DNA from: Longimicrobiales bacterium
GTDB lineage: Bacteria > Gemmatimonadota > Gemmatimonadetes > Longimicrobiales > Gaopeijiaceae
DNA length: 64,000 nt
NCBI GenBank assembly: GCA_965198065.1
Contig: CBDAON010000004.1
Location: 2,336,001 to 2,400,000, forward strand
Reading direction: 5' to 3'
Shown here in pieces: positions 18,756 through 27,846 of the stretch. Below the pieces are notes generated by a model. It was not told the origin of the DNA. It worked only from the letters and a program-made list of their open reading frames with translations, and ran no database searches. Position numbers and translations under genes: made by a program. Every line of letters begins with the position of its first letter. The stretch's first letter is position 1.

Positions 18756-19163
18756 CTAGGGGTCGCCGACGGCGCTCAGGACCACGTCGCGCTTTCGGGC
18801 GCGGGTGTCGAAATCGAGCAGCACTACCTGTTGCCACGTGCCTAGCGGAACCCTCCCGTCAACGATCGGGAGGGCGAGGGAGGGGCCGACCAGGCTCGCG
18901 CGGACATGCGCGTGGCCGTTGTCGTCGCCCCAGGTCTCCTCGTGGACGTACGACGCATCCCGCGCAGCCAGACGCTCGAAGGCCGCCGCAAGGTCGTGCT
19001 CCGCGAGTCCCGGCTCGAACTCCGTGGTCGTGAGCGCGGCGGTCGACCCTACGACCATCGCCGCGGCGTGGCCGGTCCGGATCCCGGACGCCTGGACGGC
19101 CTCCTGAACGGGCTCGGTCAGGTCTACGACGTGGCCGTGACCGCGGGTTTTGACGGCTCGCAT
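18756..19163 (-). CDS. yjbQ: YjbQ/UPF0047 family protein
   Basis: [44 protein letters not shown]. Confidence 0.9.
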   Translation of the reverse strand: MRAVKTRGHGHVVDLTEPVQEAVQASGIRTGHAAAMVVGSTAALTTTEFEPGLAEHDLAAAFERLAARDASYVHEETWGDDNGHAHVRASLVGPSLALPIVDGRVPLGTWQQVVLLDFDTRARKRDVVLSAVGDP

Positions 19164-19985
19164 GGGGCTCTCCGGATCCCCGGCGGGCCCCCTGTCAGGC
19201 GTCCCTCGGGGAGAGTGTTGTGGGCTTGACGCGCGGCCTCGCTCGGGCAGACGGCCCCGAACCGCCGCTCCCGCGAATGATACTCGCCCACCGCGGCCTC
19301 GAGCGCGACCGGGCCGAAGTCGGGCCAGAGAACGGGAGAGAACACGAGCTCCGCGTACGCGCATTCCCAGAGCAGGAAATCGCTCAGGCGGAGGCTCCCC
19401 TCCTGTACGGATCAGGAGGTCCACGTCCCCCACGGGTCCGCCGCCGTGGGTCGCCTCGCCAAGCATGTCGGCAAAGGAGCGCCGGGTGAGGGCCTCGGCC
19501 CCGCGAGCCCGCTCGGCGGCCCTCAGGATCGAATCGCGGGAAGAGTAGTCCACGGCCAGCCGCAGCTCGAGCGTCCGGCCGGCCGAGGTCGCTTGCTCGA
19601 TCTCCTCGATGGCCCGCCTCAGCGCGAAGCTCAGGCGATCCCTCCGGCCGATCACCCTGACGCGAACGCGCTCCTTGACGCAGCGCGCACTCTCGCGCCG
19701 CAAATAGGACCGGAAGAGGCGCATGAGCGACTGTACCTCATCGGTGGGACGGCGCCAGTTGTCCGATGAGAAGGCGTATAGCGTAAGGGTGCCGATCCCG
19801 AGATCGGGGGCCGCCTCGACGCTTCGGCGCACAGCCTCCGCTCCCGCGCGGTGACCGGCGGTACGCGGAAGACCCCTGGCCTTGGCCCACCGTCCATTCC
19901 CATCCATGATGATGGCCACGTGGAGGCCGGCCTCCGGCCCATCCTCGCCGCCTCCCGTCGCTCGGCCCAAAGCACTTTGGATCAC
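19124..19985 (-). CDS. uppS: Undecaprenyl-diphosphate synthase (cis-prenyltransferase), one frameshift near 19393
   Basis: [30 protein letters not shown]; removing one base restores [17 protein letters not shown]...LWPDF...RERRFG. Confidence 0.9.
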
Positions 19986-19990
19986 AAAGC
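19974..19990. promoter_or_regulatory. Palindromic operator candidate ACTTTG-N5-CAAAG over the uppS start
   Basis: actttg-gatca-caaagc; same motif at 21101-21119. Confidence 0.55.
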
Positions 19991-20025
19991 CCTCCTCCAG
20001 AAAAAAAGTCGCCTCCGGCCCCCCG

Positions 20026-20457
20026 CTACCGATCGATTCGCCCTGGCACCCGCACCCTCCGGATCAGCGCTTCCATGTGGTCGAGGTACCGCTCGAGCGA
20101 TTCTCGACCCGCACCGGTCAGGTGGAATTCCGTGCGGGGCACACGACCCTCGAACGACTTAGTGCAAGTCACGTACCCGGCCTCTTCGAGCCGCCGGGCG
20201 TGCGCGCTCAGGTTCCCGTCCGAGGTCCGGAGCAGATCTTTGAGCTCCTTGAAGGTCAGGGGATCGTTCACGGCCAGCGCGCTCACGATTCCCAGGCGAA
20301 CCCTTCCGTGGATCACACGGTTCAGCTCGAGCGGGCTCGTGCGTGAACGCACGCCCGGCGCGGCGGGCTCTCTCGCTGCACCCCCGGCGGCCGATCCTCC
20401 CCCGGGGCCGGGGCGGCCGGACCCGGAGCGGTTGGGTACTGCGCTTCGACTAGCCAC
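20026..20457 (-). CDS. Winged-helix transcriptional regulator (HTH_34/ArsR-MarR-like)
   Basis: [14 protein letters not shown]...[28 protein letters not shown]...PRTEF; GTG start after ggagg. Confidence 0.9.
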   Translation of the reverse strand: MASRSAVPNRSGSGRPGPGGGSAAGGAAREPAAPGVRSRTSPLELNRVIHGRVRLGIVSALAVNDPLTFKELKDLLRTSDGNLSAHARRLEEAGYVTCTKSFEGRVPRTEFHLTGAGRESLERYLDHMEALIRRVRVPGRIDR

Positions 20458-21061
20458 CGTACCTCCTAGCGATGGTCGCTCCAAACACGATGTGGAGACC
20501 CCCGAAACCGATCCCCATGTACGCGTCGCTCCAAGCGGAAGGCGAGAAGAGGGCCGCCACCCCCACGACCATGAAACACAGCCCCATGACGGGGACGATC
20601 CGGACGGAAAACGTCCCGGCCGTCACGACCCCCACTCCGTAAAGGAGAAGCCAGACGCCCGCGACCATCTCGGACATTCTCGTCCAGTAAAGGGCCGCCG
20701 TGAGCACTCCACCCGCGACGACCGGGGGGAGAAAGCTCAGGGCGAACTTTCGGCCCGGCCCGGACAGGAGCGAGAGACCGACTTGCCTCGCCTTTCGGGC
20801 CACCGTCCACCCGCCGACTACCGCCGCGAGGACTCCCTCGGCAATCCAGATTCCGAGCCACTCGGAGCTCCCTGGCGCACCCGTCGCAAGCAGCGCGACC
20901 AGGAGGGCAGACACCCCGACCGCGACACCGCCCCAGCCAGGCAGCGCCGTGAACGCACCTGCGCCCTCCATCGTGTCCCGTATGTACTTGAGGTCGGCCA
21001 TCGCGCGGGTATGAAGCGCGAGCGGCTCGGACGCAGGGTCGGGAAGGGACGGGGGGCTCAT
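20450..21061 (-). CDS. Hypothetical integral membrane protein (about 6 TM) coupled to the regulator
   Basis: AMADLKYIRDTME N-terminus, hydrophobic segments, GFGGLHIVFG end; stop overlaps regulator start. Confidence 0.8.
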   Translation of the reverse strand: MSPPSLPDPASEPLALHTRAMADLKYIRDTMEGAGAFTALPGWGGVAVGVSALLVALLATGAPGSSEWLGIWIAEGVLAAVVGGWTVARKARQVGLSLLSGPGRKFALSFLPPVVAGGVLTAALYWTRMSEMVAGVWLLLYGVGVVTAGTFSVRIVPVMGLCFMVVGVAALFSPSAWSDAYMGIGFGGLHIVFGATIARRYGG

Positions 21062-21095
21062 GCAGAATCGATCCTGGGGGCTGTTCGTATCATCG

Positions 21096-21707
21096 TCAAG
21101 TACTTTGTCTACCAAAGTAGGCGTCTAGGGCTTCGAGCGCCACCTCGATGGCTCGAACGACACGCCCGAGACGGGGGCCACGGGGCCACCGGTTTCTGGG
21201 CACGTGGAGAAAGCCGACGGCCGTGCCGCCCTGGGCGCGCTGGAGGCCCAGGAACAGGGCCGCGTTGCATGTAAAGGTACCGGCGTGCCACGAGCCAACC
21301 GCCGCGTTCCCGTCAGACTCGATCCGGGCGGCAATGACCCGGGCGTTCCAGGGCGCCCAGAGAGCGAGCGGCGCCCCTTCGACGAGTGGCTCCCGCTCCG
21401 GGGCTCGTCTGGCGTTGTCGGGGCCCCGGGAGTCCGCCACGTTCAGCGCGACCTGCTCGACCCGGAAGGGCCTTCCCGTGACCTCGCCCACGAGGAGGAG
21501 CGCCCTCGGGCCCCCGGCGAGGAGCGCGTCGATCGCCGGACCAAGCCGCGCGAAATCGACCGGTAGGCAGGCTCGCTCGAGCCCGGGCCGATCCGGTAGA
21601 CGGCGGACGGCCTCCCACGATCGGTTGCGCTTCCGACCGCCGAAGGGCTCAAAGCCCGCAACGATGTGCTCGATGCGCGACCCGCCTTGCCAGATACGTC
21701 TTGCCAC
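21096..21707 (-). CDS. pcp: Pyroglutamyl-peptidase I
   Basis: GFEPFGG...NRSWEAV, EQVALN, AGTFTCN (catalytic Cys), GFLHVP. Confidence 0.88.
   Translation of the reverse strand: MARRIWQGGSRIEHIVAGFEPFGGRKRNRSWEAVRRLPDRPGLERACLPVDFARLGPAIDALLAGGPRALLLVGEVTGRPFRVEQVALNVADSRGPDNARRAPEREPLVEGAPLALWAPWNARVIAARIESDGNAAVGSWHAGTFTCNAALFLGLQRAQGGTAVGFLHVPRNRWPRGPRLGRVVRAIEVALEALDAYFGRQST
21101..21119. promoter_or_regulatory. Perfect 7-5-7 palindromic operator candidate
   Basis: tactttg-tctac-caaagta, ~40 bp upstream of the membrane-protein start. Confidence 0.65.
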
Positions 21708-21755
21708 TCCCCGGCCCGCCTGAAACGTGGATGCGGCGAGGCGGCATTATAGGAG

Positions 21756-23351
21756 TTACCTCGGTAGTAGCGCGTACTCCATGGAGTCGGTGAGCGCCTG
21801 CCACGACGCCTCGATGATGTTGGCCGACGCGCCGACGGTGCCCCAGGTGCGTTCACCGTCGGTGGACTCGACCAAGACGCGCACCACGGCGCCGGTGCCG
21901 TCGGGTCCTTGCTCTACCACGCGCACCTTGAAGTCACTCAGCGATACGCTGGTTAGCGCCGGGTAGGCCTGCTCCAGGGCGCGCCGTAGTGCCCGGTCCA
22001 GCGCGTTCACCGGCCCGTTCCCCTCCGCCACCGTGTGGGCTAATTCGCCGCCCACTCGCACCTTCACCATGGCCTCGGAGAGCGAGTCCTCACCGTCGGC
22101 GGTGCTCCCCGGCCGCCGGCGCTTCTCCATGACCACCATCAGGTCGACCAGCTCGAAGGGTGGCACATAGTCGGGTAAGGTGCGCTCCACCAGCAGCCGG
22201 AAGGAGGCCTCTGCCCCCTCGTACTGGAAACCTTCGGACTCTCGCGCCTTCACGAGTTCCAGCAACTCCAGCAATCGCTCCTTGGGCACGGCGGCCTCCA
22301 GCCCCTCTTCTTGGAGCTTCATAGTGATGTTGCCGCGCCCCGATAGCTCCGAGACGACGATGTGCCTGGAGTTACCCACCGCCTCCGGGTCCACGTGCTG
22401 GTAGGAGCCCTCGTCCTTGGCCATGGCGGCGACGTGCAGGCCGCCCTTGTGGCTGAAGGCGCTCTCGCCCACGTAGGCTTGATAGCGCGAGCGTGGCATA
22501 TTCGCCACCTCGCTGACGAAGCGGTGGGCCTCTGTGAGGTGGCGGAGCTGCTCGTCGGTCACGCAGTCGATGTCTAGCTTTAGCTTCAGGTTGCCGATGA
22601 CGCTGAGCAGGTTCGTGTTGCCGCAGCGCTCGCCGTATCCGTTGATGGTGCCCTGCACCTGCGTCGCGCCTGCTTGGACGGCGGCGATGGAGTTGGCCAC
22701 CGCCACGTCGGCATCGTTGTGACAGTGGATTCCCACGCGCGCACCAGCCTCCGACACCGCGCGGCGGGTGGCGTTGAACACATCCACTGGCAGCGAGCCA
22801 CCGTTGGTGTCGCACAGCACCACGTACTCAGCACCAGCCTCGGCCGCCGCACGGATGCAGGCGATGGCGTAGTCCGGGTTCTCGGCAAAGCCGTCGAAGA
22901 AGTGCTCGGCGTCGAAGATCAGGCGCCTGCCCTCGGAGCGCAGGTGCTCGATGGACTCGCGGATCATGGCCAGGTTCTCTTCCAGCGAGGTCTCGATGAC
23001 GGTGTTGACCTGCGACTCGGAGGCCTTGCCCACGATGGTGATGACGCCCGCGCCTGAATCCAGCAGGGCCTTCAATTGCGGGTCCGTGGTGGCGGTGGCC
23101 TTGGCGCGGCGGGTGGAACCGAAGGCGACCAGGGTCGAGTTGCGCAGGCCCAACGCCTTGGCCCTCCGGAAGAAGGCGTCGTCCTTGGGGTTGGAGCCGG
23201 GCCAGCCCCCCTCGATAAAGTGGATGCCAAGTAGGTCGAGGCGCTCGGCGATGCGCAGCTTGTCCTCGACGGACAGGCTCATACCCTCCATCTGCGTGCC
23301 GTCGCGCAGGGTCGTGTCGTACAGCGTTACTTCGTCCTTCACGCTATCCAT
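21756..23351 (-). CDS. cimA: Citramalate synthase (LeuA/CimA family)
   Basis: YDTTLRDGTQ, IEGGWPGSNPKD, AFGSTRR, DAEHFFDG, HCHND, GYGERCGN, GNGPVNALD. Confidence 0.9.
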   Translation of the reverse strand: MDSVKDEVTLYDTTLRDGTQMEGMSLSVEDKLRIAERLDLLGIHFIEGGWPGSNPKDDAFFRRAKALGLRNSTLVAFGSTRRAKATATTDPQLKALLDSGAGVITIVGKASESQVNTVIETSLEENLAMIRESIEHLRSEGRRLIFDAEHFFDGFAENPDYAIACIRAAAEAGAEYVVLCDTNGGSLPVDVFNATRRAVSEAGARVGIHCHNDADVAVANSIAAVQAGATQVQGTINGYGERCGNTNLLSVIGNLKLKLDIDCVTDEQLRHLTEAHRFVSEVANMPRSRYQAYVGESAFSHKGGLHVAAMAKDEGSYQHVDPEAVGNSRHIVVSELSGRGNITMKLQEEGLEAAVPKERLLELLELVKARESEGFQYEGAEASFRLLVERTLPDYVPPFELVDLMVVMEKRRRPGSTADGEDSLSEAMVKVRVGGELAHTVAEGNGPVNALDRALRRALEQAYPALTSVSLSDFKVRVVEQGPDGTGAVVRVLVESTDGERTWGTVGASANIIEASWQALTDSMEYALLPR

Positions 23352-23395
23352 CTCGCCGCCCCTTTCGTTCGTCTGCGCTCGGTGGTGCCGGAAAC

Positions 23396-23560
23396 AAAAA
23401 AACCGTCCGCAAAGGCGGACGGGCTGATAACCCGCGGTACCACCACCGTCCCCTCCGGCGACCCGGAGAGCACTCATTGGGGCGCCAACACGCCCCCGCT
23501 CATGATAACCGGTGGCTCACCGTGTACCTCAAGAGATACGCGGGCTTCGTCGGCTCCGCA
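23396..23560 (-). ncRNA. T-box riboswitch leader of cimA (antiterminator, terminator and stem III clear; 5' limit uncertain)
   Basis: Minus strand GGUGG-UGGUACC-GCGGGUU(AUC)AGCCCGU-CCGCC antiterminator overlapping terminator CCGUCCGC-CUUU-GCGGACGG-U7; upstream stem cucuccgg/ccggaggg and CCGGUUAUC motif. Confidence 0.85.
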
Positions 23561-23730
23561 ACAGTCTTTGGCATGGCGACGATTTCGGACTTCTTCCCGC
23601 CCGGACGAGCTGGACCATCTGCTCCCTGTACGCTGCCTTGGCCCCGGCGGGGAACGGGAATCCGCTCGGTCCTGCGAGGACGGCCCCCCGCGCCCGATTG
23701 GTACTATTCCCGAGGTCAGGCGTTCTTAGG

Positions 23731-24333
23731 GTGATGAGCACCGACGACCAGGAACTGATGAGCCGCCTTCGGGATGGCGACGAGCAGGCCGTGGCAAAGC
23801 TGTTGGAGCGCCACTGGAGCGAGCTCGTGCGGTATGCGTACGGCCTCCTGGGGGATTGGGACGGGGCGGAGGATGTGACCCAGGAGGCCTACGTGCGGCT
23901 ATGGGCTAACAGGAATCGTTGGACCGAAGGGAGCTCGGCGGCCCTTCTATATCGGATCACGCGCAATGCGGCATTGGACGTGGTCAAGTCACCACGCCAC
24001 GCAGCGGGATCTGAGATGCTGGAAGGGCTGGTCGCTGAAGGGACGCCAGAAGGCGATGTCGAGCTGTCTGAGCTGGAGGAGGCGGTCGGTGAGGCGATTG
24101 AAACGCTTCCACCGCGAAGACGAGAAGTCTTCCAACTGGTGCGTGAGCGCGGCTTCTCGTATGCGAAAGTCGCAGAGATCACCCAGCTCTCTCGGCAGAC
24201 GGTCGCGAACCACATGAGCCTCGCACTGAGCGATCTAAGACTCATGCTTCGGCCGTTCCTGCCTCTGCTTATCGGTGACGATGCCGAGCCAGGTTCTCCC
24301 GGATCAGGCGAGGCCTCTCAGGGGCATTCGTGA
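23731..24333 (+). CDS. ECF RNA polymerase sigma-70 factor (FecI-like)
   Basis: DQELMSRLRDGDEQA, AEDVTQEAYVRLW, LPPRRREVFQL...SYAKVAE; followed by FecR. Confidence 0.92.
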   Translation: MMSTDDQELMSRLRDGDEQAVAKLLERHWSELVRYAYGLLGDWDGAEDVTQEAYVRLWANRNRWTEGSSAALLYRITRNAALDVVKSPRHAAGSEMLEGLVAEGTPEGDVELSELEEAVGEAIETLPPRRREVFQLVRERGFSYAKVAEITQLSRQTVANHMSLALSDLRLMLRPFLPLLIGDDAEPGSPGSGEASQGHS

Positions 24334-24358
24334 ACGCAAGTCACAGGTAGATTGAGCT

Positions 24359-25333
24359 ATGGACGAACTCATCATCCGCGTGCTAAACGGCGAAGCCGAG
24401 CCAATCGAAGAACATCGACTGGCCAATTGGCGAAGCGAGGCGCCGGAGAACGATCAGCACTTCCGGGACTTGTCGGCGATCTGGCGGGCGTCGGAGGCTC
24501 TCCCGGTACCTGATGCGCGTATCTCATCGCCACCGTCAGTCGAGTCGATCATCCGCCGTGGCGAAGCAGTACGACGCCAAGAGTCGCGGCGGCGCTTTGC
24601 GCGCGGGCTCGGTCGGAGGGAGATCTGGCCGTGGGCCGTGGCGGCCGTGTTCGCCACCGTCAGTCTCGGCGTCTGGATCGGCCGTGGGGAGCGCGTGGGA
24701 GAGGAGCTGGCCGGTACGGAATTCGTCGCCGGAAGCACGGAAGCCACGACCGTGGCTCTGTCCGACGGGAGCTTCGTGCGGCTGGATGCTGGGAGCATGG
24801 TGCGGTTCGCCCGGGATGGAGAGAGCAGGGAGGCGTGGCTGTCGGGGCGTGCCTTCTTCGGCGTGGCGTCCGAGCCGGAGCGTCCCTTCGTGGTTCACAC
24901 TGATTCCGGAGATACGAGGGTCCTGGGGACGCGGTTCGAGGTGAGCAGTCGAGATGACGAGTTGCGAGTGATCGTGGTCGAGGGTCTCGTCTCCGTTACT
25001 TCGACGCGCGGCCGATCGACCGAGGTCAGCAAGGGACAAGTCGCCAGCCTGGCTGCCAACGGCGACTTCTCGGTCACAACTGTGGACGATGTGTACGCGC
25101 TGCTCGACTGGGAGGGAGGGATGCTCCTATTCCAGGGGACTCCACTGGCCCAGGTCGCCGAAGAGGTCGCCGCCCACTTCGATGTGCCGGTCACGGTGGT
25201 GGACGGACTCTCTAGCCGTACACTGACCGCATGGTTCGGGGACGACTCATTGGACGAAGTCGTGGAATCGATCTGCCTTCTGGTCCAAGCGGAGTGCGAG
25301 GTCGACATGGATGGGGTCAACATCGGTGGCTAG
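24359..25333 (+). CDS. FecR-family anti-sigma/sensor protein
   Basis: TM segment then LSDGSFVRLDAGS, LSGRAFFGV, RPFVVHT, VLGTRFEV, VVEGLV. Confidence 0.92.
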   Translation: MDELIIRVLNGEAEPIEEHRLANWRSEAPENDQHFRDLSAIWRASEALPVPDARISSPPSVESIIRRGEAVRRQESRRRFARGLGRREIWPWAVAAVFATVSLGVWIGRGERVGEELAGTEFVAGSTEATTVALSDGSFVRLDAGSMVRFARDGESREAWLSGRAFFGVASEPERPFVVHTDSGDTRVLGTRFEVSSRDDELRVIVVEGLVSVTSTRGRSTEVSKGQVASLAANGDFSVTTVDDVYALLDWEGGMLLFQGTPLAQVAEEVAAHFDVPVTVVDGLSSRTLTAWFGDDSLDEVVESICLLVQAECEVDMDGVNIGG

Positions 25334-25366
25334 GCAGACGAGGGCGAATCCCAACGCGGAGCGGGG

Positions 25367-25927
25367 ATGATGCGGATGACGTGGAAGACGCTGAGCGGGA
25401 TCGGATGGCTCTCCTGTTTTCTCCTCCTACCCGGCAGTGAGATCTCGGCGCAGGCCGGGTCATCGGTGGAGCTCGTCGGTAGGCCGGCGAACGTAGAGAT
25501 ACAGGGGGAACCACTCATCGACGCGCTGAGACTCCTTCAGGCAGGGTCGGGCGTGCCTATCGCCTTCAGTCCGGAGCTCATTCCCAGCCGGCGTGTCACG
25601 CGCTGTGACTGTCTCGAGTCGACAGTCGGTGAGGCTCTCGAGATCCTGCTGGAGGATACCGAGCTCACCTTTGTGGAGCGTCGCAGTCAGATCCTCGTCA
25701 CCCCGACCTCGATTGAGAGTGGTGCTGCCCCCGTTACCAACTCAGTAGTCGGCGTCGTGCGTGAGGAGGGTAGTGGTACGCCTATTAGCTCAGCCCGAGT
25801 GGAGGTGCGGGAACGGAGGCAAGCGACACTGACGGATGCGGCCGGGCGCTTTGTTTTGCTGTCTGTACCCCCCGGCACGTATCACATCGACGTGGCCGCT
25901 CTCGGATACGGATCCATGGAGGAGTGA
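25367..25927 (+). pseudogene. N-terminal fragment of a TonB-dependent transducer (STN plus carboxypeptidase-regulatory-like domain), truncated by IS
   Basis: Signal peptide, LIDALRLLQAGSGVPIAFS...TVGEALEILL STN-like segment, TLTDAAGRF...ALGY; stop lies inside the IS left end. Confidence 0.8.
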
Positions 25928-27354
25928 GTCCCATCTTTAGTTGAAATTGAAGCGGCCTCCAACCTCAGGTAACGTGGGTGTGCGACCACACCACGGGATC
26001 ACAAGAGAGGAAGGAGGGCCACCGATGGGAAGGATGCCAAGGCTCGTCGAGCGGGGCAAGAAGGACCGGCGGCTCGGGGAACCGAGGGAGGTGAGTTGGG
26101 AGGAGATCGAGGCGCTGGAGCTGGACCCTCGGGTGGAGCTGATCCGGCAGCTGATTCCGCTGGGACTGGCGGAGGTGGGCCGGATGCTCGAGGAGGAAGT
26201 GGAGCAACTGGCGGGGCAACGTCACGCCAGGAAGACCGAGGACGATCGACATTGCCGGCATGGGCATAACCCAGGGTCGGTGCGGTTGGGCGGCCAGCGG
26301 CATCCGGTGCGAGTACCGCGGGTGCGAGGCCCGGCCGGAGAGTCGAGGCTGGCGGCGTATGAGCAGCTGCATGGCTCGCCCGGCGAGATGGACGAGGGGC
26401 TGTTTCGGAAGGTGCTGCTCGGGATCTCGTGCCGGGACTACGAGGCAGCGGTCGAGGCGGTGCCTGGAGCCATCGGGCTGTCGAAGTCGACGGTCTCGCG
26501 GGAGTTCAAGAAGGCCACGGCCGCGAAGCTGAAGGAGTTTCAGGAGCGGGACCTCTCGGGTTACGACGTGGGGTGGCACTCGTCCTGGACGGCAAGAGCT
26601 TTGCCGAGGACGAGATGGTCGTCGCGCTCGGGGTGACGACCAAGGGGGACAAGGTCTTCCTCGGGTTCGTCCAGACCGACACGGAGAACGCCGTGGTGAT
26701 CCGATCCTTCCTTCGGAGTCTGAAGGACCGAGGTCTCGACCTGTCGGCCGGAGCGCTCGTGGTGATCGATGGAGCCCGCGGTCTCCGGAGCGGCGTCCTG
26801 GCGGTCTTCAAGGGACAGGTGCTCATCCAGCGGTGCCAGTGGCACAAGCGGGAGAACGTGATCTCGTATCTGCCGAGAGCGGAGCAGAAGGGCTGGCGCC
26901 AGCGTCTGCAGCGCGCCTACCAGCGGCCCACGTACGAAGAGGCCGTCAAGGACCTCAAGGCCCTGCGCCAGGAGCTCGCGGGGGTGAACCAGTCCGCGGC
27001 GGCCAGTCTCGATGAGGGGTTCGAGGAGACCCTCACCCTCCACCGGTTGGGAGTCTTCCCCCTGGTCGGCCAGTCGCTCAAGACCACCAACGTGCTCGAG
27101 TCCGTGAACGCCCTGGCCGAGCAGAGGTGCGGACGCGTGGACCACTGGAAGAACTCGAGCCAGAAGCACCGATGGCTCGCGACCACGCTCCTGGAGATCT
27201 AGTCACGGCTCCGGAGGTTGCTCGGGTACCGACACCTCCCGCTCCTCAGGGCCGCGATCCAGAAGGACCTCGGATCACCCTTCCCGAGAGCCGTTCACAT
27301 GCTGTCGCCTGAGACGGAGGCCGCTCCAGTTTCAACTAACTTTGGGATTGACTC
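25922..27354 (+). mobile_element. IS256-family insertion sequence
   Basis: 39-bp terminal inverted repeats at 25922-25960 and 27316-27354 (32/39 match by eye) around a Mutator-type DDE transposase; no target duplication seen. Confidence 0.9.
26025..27312 (+). pseudogene. IS256-family transposase, disrupted (frameshift in G-run ~26570, TAG at 27200-27202)
   Basis: VRVPRVR, LVLDGK, VALGVTTKGDK, VIDGARGL, QRCQWHKRENV, TTNVLESVN split over two frames. Confidence 0.85.
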
Positions 27355-27554
27355 TTTCCGGGTCCCCGGACCGAGCGGACCATAAGCCCCTGGCGAACGG
27401 AGTCCGTCAGGATCGTGCTCTCATCCACCGGCGGAGCCGCGGGCTCGAGCTGAGAGAGGCCGTACGTAGCCGCCGCCAGGCCAACGACTCCGCCTCCGAT
27501 CCAGAGGGATCTCCAGAGCTTCTTGTGCGGGGATGGTGCGCGCGGGATGTCCAA
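27355..27554 (-). pseudogene. N-terminal fragment of an efflux periplasmic adaptor (HlyD/RND MFP-like), truncated by IS
   Basis: (M)DIPR...KKLWRSLWIGGGVVGLAAATYGLSQLEPAAPPVD...TDSVRQGLMVRSVRGPG ends at the IS right end. Confidence 0.7.
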
Positions 27555-27846
27555 AGGTTTCTCCGTGTACGGGTCGAGGTGGGTCCCCCGTTGGCGAGGG
27601 AAGGTCCGTGCCGCAGCGGACCCACGGCATAAGGTGTTGATTAGTATATACATATATGCAATGCTAACGGTCTCGCCAAGGGCCCCGGAATGTTCGGTTC
27701 CGGGATCGACCTGTCCGGTACCGGACGGTCCGGTCCGCCGGGATCCGAGCCCCGCCCCCAGTCTCTTTGACTCCATGGGATGCGTGGCCTACCATCGGTG
27801 ATGCCCACACGAGCCGCTGGACCGACACCATTCCGAGGAGAGGAAG

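Noticed and set aside
18756..19985. Novel UppS-YjbQ fusion (409-aa ORF in the track)
   Set aside because: Caused by one extra base near 19393; the true UppS C-terminus is in another frame and YjbQ has its own ATG at 19163.
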